NCBI GenBank assembly: GCA_035316325.1
Contig: DATHJB010000239.1
Span: 2,512-66,511, forward strand
Source: Acidimicrobiales bacterium
GTDB taxonomy: Bacteria > Actinomycetota > Acidimicrobiia > Acidimicrobiales > VFJN01
DNA: 64,000 nt
Direction of reading: 5' to 3'
This document shows positions 17,123 to 24,279 of the stretch, one piece after another (position 1 is the stretch's first letter; every line of letters begins with the position of its first letter). The position numbers and the translations under genes are program-made. The notes below the pieces were generated by a model. It was not told where the DNA came from, searched no databases, and worked only from the letters and a program-made list of their open reading frames with translations.

Positions 17123-18589
17123 ATGGGCGACCTGCAGGTGAAGCAACGCGGCTTGTTCATCGGCAACGACTGGTCGGAGGGTTCGGGCGGGTCGTACCCG
17201 ATCGTCAACCCGGCCACTGAGGAACTGGTCGGCGACGCCCCCGAAGCCGGGGCCGACGACATCGCCCGCGCGGTCGGCGCCGCCCGGGACGCCTTCGACG
17301 GCTGGTCCCGCACCTCGCCGGAGGAGCGCTCCCGCCTGTTGGACCGGGCTGCCGACCTCGTCGAGGCGCGCCGGGACGAGTTCGTTCCCCTGGCCCAGGC
17401 CGAGACCGGCTCCACCCTGACCGCCTCGGCCCAGCTCCACTTCGGCGTGCTGGTGTGGCGGTTGCGCCGCTACGCCCGCGGGGCGCTGGAGACCAGGGAC
17501 CAGGCGCTGCTGCCCCAGGCGCTCGACGGCGCCCCCGGAGTGCCCGGGAGGCTGCTCGGCGCGGTGGCCGCCCGCCGCCCCGTCGGCGTGGTCGCCTGCA
17601 TCACCCCCTACAACTTCCCGGTCGGGGGCATGGCGGGCAAGATCGGCCCGGCCCTGGCCATGGGCAACACCACGGTGGTGAAGCCCCCGCCCCAGGACCC
17701 GCTGGCCTGCCTGCTGCTCGCCGAGGTGCTGGCCGAGGCCGGCTTCCCGCCGGGGGTCGTGAACGTCGTGACCGGTTCCGGCCCCGAGGTGGGGGCGGCG
17801 CTGGTCGACTCGCCCGACGTCGACATGGTCAGCTTCACCGGCAGCTCCGCGGTGGGGGCGAAGATCGCCGAGGCCGGCGGCCGCACCATGAAGCGGCTCC
17901 TGCTGGAGCTGGGCGGCAAGGGGGCGGCCTTGGTGCTGGACGACGCCTCGGTCGAACAGGCCGTCGACGTGGTCTCGGTCACCTACAGCTTCCTGTCCGG
18001 GCAGGGCTGCGTCCTGCCCACCCGGGCGATCGTGCACCGGTCCCTCCACGACGAGTTCGTGGCCGCGCTGGCCGCCAAGGCCCGGACCTTCAAGGTCGGC
18101 GACCCGCTCGACGCCGACACGGTGCTGGGCCCGGTGATCAGCGCGGCCCAGCGCGAGCGGATCGAAGGTCTGGTGCAGGGCGCCCGGGACGAGGGCGCCA
18201 CGGTGGTCGAGGGCGGCTCCCGGCCCGACCTCGGGCGCGGCTTCTACGTAGCGCCCACGCTGGTGAGCGGCGTCGACCCGGGCATGACCCTCGCCCGGCA
18301 GGAGGCGTTCGGCCCGGTGGTGTGCGTGATCCCCTTCGACACCGAGGACGAGGGGATCGCCATCGCCAACTCGTCCCAGTACGGCCTGAACAGCTACCTG
18401 TTCAGCCGGGACGCCGGCCGCGCCTACCGGATCGCGGCCCGGCTCCGGTCCGGCACGGTGTGCATCAACGGCTTCCAGAGCCACCCGGAGGCGCCGTTCG
18501 GCGGTTTCAAGCACAGCGGCCTGGGACGCGACGGCGGGTCGTTCGGACTCGACGCCTACAGCGAGCCGCAGAGCGTTGTCTGGTCCTGA
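17123..18589 (+). CDS. NAD(P)-dependent aldehyde dehydrogenase
   Basis: ATG 17123 is preceded by GGTGAGG. It has the ALDH motifs ...FNFPVGGMAGKIGPALAMGNTTVVKPP..., LELGGKGA (catalytic Glu) and ...FLSGQGCVLPTR (catalytic Cys). Confidence 0.9.
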   Translation: MGDLQVKQRGLFIGNDWSEGSGGSYPIVNPATEELVGDAPEAGADDIARAVGAARDAFDGWSRTSPEERSRLLDRAADLVEARRDEFVPLAQAETGSTLTASAQLHFGVLVWRLRRYARGALETRDQALLPQALDGAPGVPGRLLGAVAARRPVGVVACITPYNFPVGGMAGKIGPALAMGNTTVVKPPPQDPLACLLLAEVLAEAGFPPGVVNVVTGSGPEVGAALVDSPDVDMVSFTGSSAVGAKIAEAGGRTMKRLLLELGGKGAALVLDDASVEQAVDVVSVTYSFLSGQGCVLPTRAIVHRSLHDEFVAALAAKARTFKVGDPLDADTVLGPVISAAQRERIEGLVQGARDEGATVVEGGSRPDLGRGFYVAPTLVSGVDPGMTLARQEAFGPVVCVIPFDTEDEGIAIANSSQYGLNSYLFSRDAGRAYRIAARLRSGTVCINGFQSHPEAPFGGFKHSGLGRDGGSFGLDAYSEPQSVVWS

Positions 18590-19163
18590 CCGGGGCGCGG
18601 GGCCTCGCCTGCGGCCGATCGGGAATGGCGAGGACGCGGAGCTGGACGCGCTGTTCGCAGAGATCGAGGCAGACGGGCGGACGGTGGCCAACGTCCAGCG
18701 GGTGATGGGCCACAACCCCTCGCTGGTGCGGGGGATGGCCGGTCTGGGGGAGGCGGTGCGGTTCTCCCACACGCTGCCCGAGCGTTGGGTGGAGCTGGCG
18801 ATCCTGCGGCTGGCGATCGTCGCGCGGTGCCCCTATCCCTTCAGCCACCACGTGCCCATGGCGCTCGACCTCGGGTTCAGCGAGGAGCAGATCGCCCGGC
18901 TGGTCGACTGGGCCGACGCCACCTGCTTCGACGCCGACGAGCGGCTGGTCCTGAAAGCCACCGACGACGTCGAGCGTGATGCCGGCCTCTCCGACGCGAC
19001 GTTCGCCGCCCTGTCCGAGCGGCTCACCGAGCGGCAGGTGCTCGACCTGGTGATGATCCTGTCGTTCTACGGGCTGCTGGTGCGGGTGGTGAACAGCACC
19101 GGCACCCCGGTCGACGACCGGGTGGCCGAGGTCGTCGACCGGTACTGGCCGTTCAGAGCGTAA
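18576..19163 (+). CDS. carboxymuconolactone decarboxylase (AhpD-like) family protein
   Basis: ...NVQRVMGHNPSLVRGMAGL...WVELAILRLAIVARCPYPFSHHVPMALDLGFSEEQI fits the CMD-domain pattern. The TTG start overlaps the ALDH 3' end by 14 nt. Confidence 0.7.
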   Translation: MSGPDRGAGPRLRPIGNGEDAELDALFAEIEADGRTVANVQRVMGHNPSLVRGMAGLGEAVRFSHTLPERWVELAILRLAIVARCPYPFSHHVPMALDLGFSEEQIARLVDWADATCFDADERLVLKATDDVERDAGLSDATFAALSERLTERQVLDLVMILSFYGLLVRVVNSTGTPVDDRVAEVVDRYWPFRA

Positions 19164-20220
19164 GCACGTTGCGGGCCACGGTGCCGTGCTCGAGCTCCTC
19201 GATCAGGGTGGCGATGTCGTCGACGGGGGAGGTCTTGCTCACCAGCTCGTCGAGGAGCAGATCGCCCCGCTGGTAGAGCTCGACGTAGCGGGGGATGTCC
19301 TGGTGGGGCCGTGCCGAGCCGTAGCGCAGGCCCAGGATGGACTTGTCGAGGAACATCCCCTCCACCAGGAACGAGGCCTTGGTGCCGGAGGGCGGGACGC
19401 CCACCAGCACGCACTGCCCGTGCCAGTCGAGCATGTTCGTGGCCGCCTCGATCAGGCCGGGTGACCCCACGCACTCGAAGACGTGGTCGGCCCCGTCGGG
19501 GAGGATCGTCCTGACCGCGTCCACGAGGTCGCCCGCCGGCGTCGGTCCGATGAAGTCGGTCGCCCCGAACTGCCGGGCCAGGTCCTCCTTGGCGGGGTTG
19601 GTGTCGACGGCCACGATGCGCGAGGCGCGGGCCAGGCGGCAGCCCTGGAGGACGTTGAGCCCGATGCCGCCGATGCCGATGACCACCGCGGTGTCGTTGA
19701 ACCCCACGCGGGCCCGGTTGAGCACCGCCCCGACACCGGTCATGACCGCGCAGCCGATCAGGGAGGCCGCCGCGAGCGGTACCTCGGAGGGGATGCGCAC
19801 GACCTGGTGGGCCTCGACGACGGTCAGCTCGACGAAGGTCGACGCGTTGGCGAAGTTGTGTGTGGGGCGGCCGCCCCAGCTGAAGGGCTGGGGCCGCGTG
19901 CCGAAGCTCTGGCGGCACATAGTGGGGCGGCCCCGGGCGCACTCCGGGCAGGCGCCGCAGTTGGTCAGCGTCGACAGCACCACGTGGTCGCCCGGAGCGA
20001 CACGGTCGACGCCCTCGCCCACGAGCTCGACCACGCCGGCCCCTTCGTGGCCCAGCACCACCGGCACCGGGTACGGGATGGTGCCGTCGACCACGCTCAC
20101 GTCGCTGTGGCACAGCCCGGCGGCGTGCATGCGGACCCGTACCTGGCCCGGGCCGGGCAGGCCCACCTCCAGGTCGTCGACGACCAGCAGTTCCGAACCG
20201 TCGTAGACAGCACCCTTCAT
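19153..20220 (-). CDS. zinc-dependent alcohol dehydrogenase (MDR family, class III-like)
   Basis: Contains GLCHSDV...GHEGAGVVELVGEGV (catalytic Zn), CGACPECARGRPTMC (structural Zn) and a GIGGIGLN Rossmann motif. Its 3' end overlaps the convergent CMD gene by 11 nt. Confidence 0.9.
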   Translation of the reverse strand: MKGAVYDGSELLVVDDLEVGLPGPGQVRVRMHAAGLCHSDVSVVDGTIPYPVPVVLGHEGAGVVELVGEGVDRVAPGDHVVLSTLTNCGACPECARGRPTMCRQSFGTRPQPFSWGGRPTHNFANASTFVELTVVEAHQVVRIPSEVPLAAASLIGCAVMTGVGAVLNRARVGFNDTAVVIGIGGIGLNVLQGCRLARASRIVAVDTNPAKEDLARQFGATDFIGPTPAGDLVDAVRTILPDGADHVFECVGSPGLIEAATNMLDWHGQCVLVGVPPSGTKASFLVEGMFLDKSILGLRYGSARPHQDIPRYVELYQRGDLLLDELVSKTSPVDDIATLIEELEHGTVARNVLTL

Positions 20221-20237
20221 CGTCGTTCCTCTCGTTG

Positions 20238-20253
20238 ACCAATCGCTTGGTTG
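20238..20253. promoter_or_regulatory. operator-like site 2 (ACCAATCGCTTGGTTG; dyad ACCAA-N4-TTGGT)
   Basis: Exact 14-mer, 17 nt upstream of the Zn-ADH start on the minus strand. Confidence 0.5.
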
Positions 20254-20332
20254 ATGATGGGTTGAGGCTCCGGGCCTGTCAAGCGGCGCCCGAACGACCC
20301 CTCCCTTGACGGTGGCGGACGGGCACCCTAGG

Positions 20333-20361
20333 TTGACCTACCAATCGCTTGGTTGTGGAAT
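20333..20361 (+). promoter_or_regulatory. candidate sigma-70-type promoter TTGACC-N17-TGGAAT with the operator in the spacer
   Basis: The -35 is at 20333-20338 and the -10-like hexamer is at 20356-20361. The 17-nt spacer equals operator site 3. This favours GTG 20393 as the SDR start, because ATG 20360 would fall inside the -10 element. Confidence 0.35.
20340..20355. promoter_or_regulatory. operator-like site 3 (ACCAATCGCTTGGTTG)
   Basis: Exact 14-mer, 37 nt upstream of GTG 20393. Confidence 0.5.
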
Positions 20362-20392
20362 GGAGAGGCGTCGGAAGGGGGGTGACGTCGAG

Positions 20393-21256
20393 GTGACAGA
20401 ACTGAACGGCAAGGTCGCGCTGGTCACGGGTGCGGCCCGCGGCCAGGGTCGGAGCCACGCCGTCGGGCTGGCCCGAGCCGGCGCCGACATCGCCGCCTGC
20501 GACGTCGGCGGCCCCTCCCGCAGCACCGCCTACGCCACCGCCACCACCGACGAGCTCGCCGAGACCGCGGCGGCCGTCCGGGCGGAGGGCCGCCGCTGCG
20601 TGACCGGTCAGGTGGACGTGCGCGACCGGGCCGGCCTGCGGGCCTTCGTCGGCGCGGCCGAGGCCGAGCTGGGCGGGGTCGACATCGTGATCGCCAACGC
20701 CGGCGTGCTCGCCTTCAACCTGCCGTGGGAGCTGACCGACGACCAGTGGGACGACGTCATCGACGTCAACCTCACCGGCGTGTGGAACACCGTCCGGGCC
20801 TGCCTGCCCGGGATGGTCGAGCGGGGCCGGGGCGGTTCCGTGGTGCTGATCTCGTCGGCCGCGGGGCTCGTGGCGATACCCGGAGCGGCGTCGTACATCG
20901 CCGCCAAGCACGGCGTGGTCGGGCTGATGAAGGCGCTGGCCGTCGACCTCGGCGCCCACGACATCCGCGTGAACGCGGTCCACCCCGGCGGGGTGGACAC
21001 GCCCATGGTCATGAACCCGGCCACGTACGAGCTGATGACCGGCAGCCCGGACGGCACGCCCGCCGACCTCGACCCCCTGGGCCGGGAGCAGAACCTCCTG
21101 CCCATCGGGTTCCTCGCACCGGAGGACATCACCCGGGCCGTCCTCTACCTGGTCGGCGACGGGGGCCGGTGGGTCACCGGCACGTCGCTCAAGGTCGACG
21201 CGGGCGCCACCGTCACGCCACCCGGCCGGTGGCGTGACCCGGCAAGCACTTCGTAA
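20393..21256 (+). CDS. SDR family oxidoreductase of the mycofactocin-coupled / carveol-dehydrogenase-like subgroup
   Basis: GKVALVTGAARGQGRSHAVGLARAGADIAACDV... carries the GAARGQGRSHA signature I associate with the mycofactocin-dependent SDR subfamily. GTG 20393 is preceded by GGAAGGGGGG. Alternative starts are 20360 and 20306. Confidence 0.8.
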   Translation: MTELNGKVALVTGAARGQGRSHAVGLARAGADIAACDVGGPSRSTAYATATTDELAETAAAVRAEGRRCVTGQVDVRDRAGLRAFVGAAEAELGGVDIVIANAGVLAFNLPWELTDDQWDDVIDVNLTGVWNTVRACLPGMVERGRGGSVVLISSAAGLVAIPGAASYIAAKHGVVGLMKALAVDLGAHDIRVNAVHPGGVDTPMVMNPATYELMTGSPDGTPADLDPLGREQNLLPIGFLAPEDITRAVLYLVGDGGRWVTGTSLKVDAGATVTPPGRWRDPASTS

Positions 21257-21289
21257 CTCACCAACCATCCATCGAGGGAAGGCAACGCC

Positions 21290-22450
21290 ATGGAATTCGG
21301 GATCTTCGTCCAGGGTCACGTGCCCAACACCCGCGTCGAGCGGGAAGGCGATCAGGCCGAGCACAACGCCCTGATGAAGGAGGCCGAGCTGATCCGGGTG
21401 GCCGACCAGAACAACTTCAAGTACGCCTGGATCACCGAGCACCACTTCCTGACCGAGTACTCCCACCTGTCCGCCAGCGACGCGTACCTCGGCTACTGCG
21501 CGGCGCAGACCGAGCGCATCCACCTCGGCTCGGGCATCTTCAGCTTCAACCCCCACAAGGACCACCCCGGGCGGATCGCCGAGCGGGTGGCCATGCTGGA
21601 CCACCTCACCGAGGGCCGCTTCGAGTTCGGGACGGGCCGGGGCGCCGGCAGCCGGGAGGTCACCGGCTGGGACATCGCCTCCACCGACGACACCCGGGCC
21701 ATCTGGGACGAGGTCATCCGCGAGATCCCCAAGATGTGGCGCGACGAGGAGTACGCCTACCAGGGCGAGTACTTCAACCTCCCGTTCCCCGGCGACAAGA
21801 TCCCCACCCGGAACATCCTGCCCAAGCCCTACTCGAAGCCCCACCCGCCCATGTGGGTGGCGGCGGGGAACCCTCCGACCTTCGAGAAGGCCGCCCGGAT
21901 GGGCCTCGGGGTGCTGGCCTTCACCACCCGGGCCGTGCCCGACATGGCGCCGCTGATCGCCACCTACAAGGACAACGTCGGCAAGGCCGAGCCGGTGGGC
22001 GCGTTCGCCAACGACAACGTGATGGTGACCATCGGCCTGGTCTGCATGGAGGACGGCGAGGCGGCCCGGAAGATGGCCGCCAACATGGGCATCAACTACC
22101 TCCAGAGCCTCGTGTACCACTACCACGACACGATCCCGGTCCCCGAGGGTGCGCCGGTCTGGCCGGAGCCGGTCAGCGAGCCCACCCGGGAAGAGGTGGA
22201 GTTCCGCATCGACCAGGGGTACATCCTGTGCGGCGATCCCGACGAGATCACCGAGCAGCTCCGCCGGATGGAGAACGTCGGCATCGACCAGCTCGTCTTC
22301 GGCGTGCCGTGCGACCTGCCGTGGGACGTCGCCGCCGAGTCGCTCCGCCTGTTCGGCGACGAGGTCATCCCCAAGTTCGACACCGAGCCGACGCACCGCA
22401 CCACCCGCCAGCGGGAGGCCGCGGCCGCGAGGATCGCGGGAGCGAGCTGA
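21290..22450 (+). CDS. LLM-class flavin-dependent monooxygenase (about 386 aa, LimB/alkanal-monooxygenase-like)
   Basis: MEFGIF...NFKYAWITEHHFLTEYSHLSA... has the luciferase-like TIM-barrel pattern. RBS GAGGGAAGG lies upstream. Confidence 0.85.
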   Translation: MEFGIFVQGHVPNTRVEREGDQAEHNALMKEAELIRVADQNNFKYAWITEHHFLTEYSHLSASDAYLGYCAAQTERIHLGSGIFSFNPHKDHPGRIAERVAMLDHLTEGRFEFGTGRGAGSREVTGWDIASTDDTRAIWDEVIREIPKMWRDEEYAYQGEYFNLPFPGDKIPTRNILPKPYSKPHPPMWVAAGNPPTFEKAARMGLGVLAFTTRAVPDMAPLIATYKDNVGKAEPVGAFANDNVMVTIGLVCMEDGEAARKMAANMGINYLQSLVYHYHDTIPVPEGAPVWPEPVSEPTREEVEFRIDQGYILCGDPDEITEQLRRMENVGIDQLVFGVPCDLPWDVAAESLRLFGDEVIPKFDTEPTHRTTRQREAAAARIAGAS

Positions 22451-22454
22451 CGCC

Positions 22455-23378
22455 ATGGCCCTGCCCGACCACCTGAAGGAGCTCGCGGCCCGGGTGTCGA
22501 ACTGGGGTCGTTGGGGCCCCGACGACCAGCGCGGGACCCTGAACCTGGTCGACGAGGCCGCCCGGCGGCGGGGGGTGGCCGCCGTCCGGACCGGCAAGGC
22601 GTTCTCCCTGGCCATCCCGTTCGACCGGGACGGCCCGCAGACGGGGCTGATGCCCGGGCGCGACAACCCGTCGCTGCGGATGCTGACCGTCAACGAGCCC
22701 ATGACGGGCGACCCGGCGGACTTCTGCGCCTCCGACGACGCCTTCGGCATGGGGGTGCAGGCCGCGACCCACTGGGACGCCCTGTCCCACGTGAGCTACG
22801 AGGGCAGGCTCTACAACGACGTCGACGCGAGCGTGATCGACGGGTCCGGCGCCGGCCGGCTCGGCATCGAGCACGTCGGGCCGGTGACCACCCGGGGTGT
22901 CCTGCTCGACATCGCCCGCCTGAAGGGCGTCGAGCACTTCGACGAGGGCTACGCCATCACGGGGGACGACCTCGAGAAGGCGGCGGTGCAGGCCGGGGTC
23001 GCGGTGGAGCCGGGGGACGCGCTCCTGGTGCGCACCGGGCAGATGCACCACCTCCCCGACGGACGTGAGCGCTACGTCAACCCGTCGCCCGGGTTGTCGA
23101 CCCGCTCGATCGAGTGGCTGCGGGACCACGACGTGGCCGCGGTGGCCACCGACACCCTGGTGTTCGAGGTGTGGCCGGGCGAGGACCCGGCGGTGACCCT
23201 GCCCGTGCACATGATCCACCTGCGGGACATGGGCCTGCTGCAGGGCCAGAACTGGTACCTCGACGAGCTGGCGGAGGACTGCGCCGGAGACGGTCGCTAC
23301 GAGGTCCTCCTGGTGGCCAACCCCCTCCCGCTGACCCGGTCGGTCAGCGGGGTGGTGGCGCCGGTCGCGCTGAAGTAG
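22455..23378 (+). CDS. cyclase family protein (kynurenine-formamidase-like fold)
   Basis: ATG 22455 lies 4 nt after the LLM stop. The motifs ...WGRWGPDDQRGTLN... and ...ATHWDALSHV... fit the cyclase family. The track ORF start at 22149 is an out-of-context extension. Confidence 0.75.
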   Translation: MALPDHLKELAARVSNWGRWGPDDQRGTLNLVDEAARRRGVAAVRTGKAFSLAIPFDRDGPQTGLMPGRDNPSLRMLTVNEPMTGDPADFCASDDAFGMGVQAATHWDALSHVSYEGRLYNDVDASVIDGSGAGRLGIEHVGPVTTRGVLLDIARLKGVEHFDEGYAITGDDLEKAAVQAGVAVEPGDALLVRTGQMHHLPDGRERYVNPSPGLSTRSIEWLRDHDVAAVATDTLVFEVWPGEDPAVTLPVHMIHLRDMGLLQGQNWYLDELAEDCAGDGRYEVLLVANPLPLTRSVSGVVAPVALK

Positions 23379-23431
23379 CCGGGGATCGAGCTGGTGGACG
23401 TGCCCCGGTACCCGCGTAGGTCGAGGGCTCA

Positions 23432-23447
23432 AGCAAGCATTTGGTGC
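23432..23447. promoter_or_regulatory. degenerate operator-like site 4 (AGCAAGCATTTGGTGC)
   Basis: Matches sites 2 and 3 at 10 of 15 positions and keeps the CAA-N4-TTGGT core. It lies 46 nt upstream of ATG 23494. Confidence 0.3.
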
Positions 23448-23493
23448 AGTGGTCCGATCGCCGGATCAGGACAGGCAGGGGGTGAACGCAGAG

Positions 23494-24279
23494 ATGACCG
23501 ATCTACTCGAGGACAAGGTCGTGGTCGTGGTCGGTGTCGGTGAGGGCCTCGGCCGGGCCATCGCCGAGCAGTGCTGCCAGCACGGCGCCGACGTGGCGCT
23601 CGGGGCCCGCTCCGAGGACTACCTGAAGGGCCTGGCCGACGAGCTCGCCGAGGCGACCGGCCGGGGCACCTTCGGCCATCACGTCGACATCGGCGAGCCC
23701 GCTGCGGTGACGGCCTTCCACAGAGCGGTGCTCGATCGCTTCGGACGGGTCGACACGCTGGTCCTCAACGCGGCCGACGACGAGGTACTGGGGCCCCTCG
23801 AGGGCGGCGACATCGATCGCTGGCGCCGGCAGATGGACCTGAACGTCATGGGCAGCATGCGCGTCGTGCAGGCCTTCGCCGGCGACCTGAAGGCCGGCCG
23901 GGGGTCCGTCGTCTTCACCGACTCGATGATCGTCGACAAGGTGCTGCCCACCATGGGCTCCTACGCCATGACCAAGGGCGCGCTGCGCGTGGGCGCCCGC
24001 ACCCTGGCCCGGGAGCTCGGCGCCGAGGGGGTGCGGGTCAACTCGGTCGCTCCGGGCTGGATGTGGGGCGACTCGGTCGAGCAGTACATGGAGGGCGTCG
24101 AGCGCGACACCGGGACAACGGTCGCCGAGCAGAAAGGCGCCATCGCCGCCCAGTTCGCCCTGCCCGACTGGCCCACCGAGGTCGACTGCGCCAACGCCGT
24201 CGTCTTCCTGGCCTCCCCGCTCGCGAGCTCCGTCACCGGCGTGTGCCTCGACGTCAACGCCGGCGAGCTCTTCCGCTGA
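23494..24279 (+). CDS. SDR family oxidoreductase
   Basis: MTDLLEDKVVVVVGVGEGLGRAIA... is preceded by RBS CAGGGGG. The stop overlaps the next ATG (TGATG). Confidence 0.8.
   Translation: MTDLLEDKVVVVVGVGEGLGRAIAEQCCQHGADVALGARSEDYLKGLADELAEATGRGTFGHHVDIGEPAAVTAFHRAVLDRFGRVDTLVLNAADDEVLGPLEGGDIDRWRRQMDLNVMGSMRVVQAFAGDLKAGRGSVVFTDSMIVDKVLPTMGSYAMTKGALRVGARTLARELGAEGVRVNSVAPGWMWGDSVEQYMEGVERDTGTTVAEQKGAIAAQFALPDWPTEVDCANAVVFLASPLASSVTGVCLDVNAGELFR

Noticed and set aside
21241-21289. CA-rich leaders upstream of 21290 and 27889, considered as extra copies of the roughly 100-nt repeat
   Set aside because: Only short patches are shared (CACCAACC, CCGACCA), and the collinear block structure of the two true copies is missing.
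20279-22750. 823-aa minus-strand ORF opposite the SDR, LLM and cyclase genes
   Set aside because: Shadow ORF. The plus-strand genes carry unambiguous Rossmann and LLM motifs, RBSs and coupled starts.
23571-24278. N-terminal 236 aa of the 1159-aa track ORF 23571..27050. The same issue affects 34625..37654 of the 1600-aa ORF, 5832..7259 of the 713-aa ORF and 7337..8188 of the 784-aa ORF.
   Set aside because: These upstream extensions overlap well-supported genes in other frames and have Arg/Pro/Gly-rich nonsense composition. The real starts are set at 24279, 37655, 5831 and 7336, based on homology onset, RBSs and overlapping stop/start codons.
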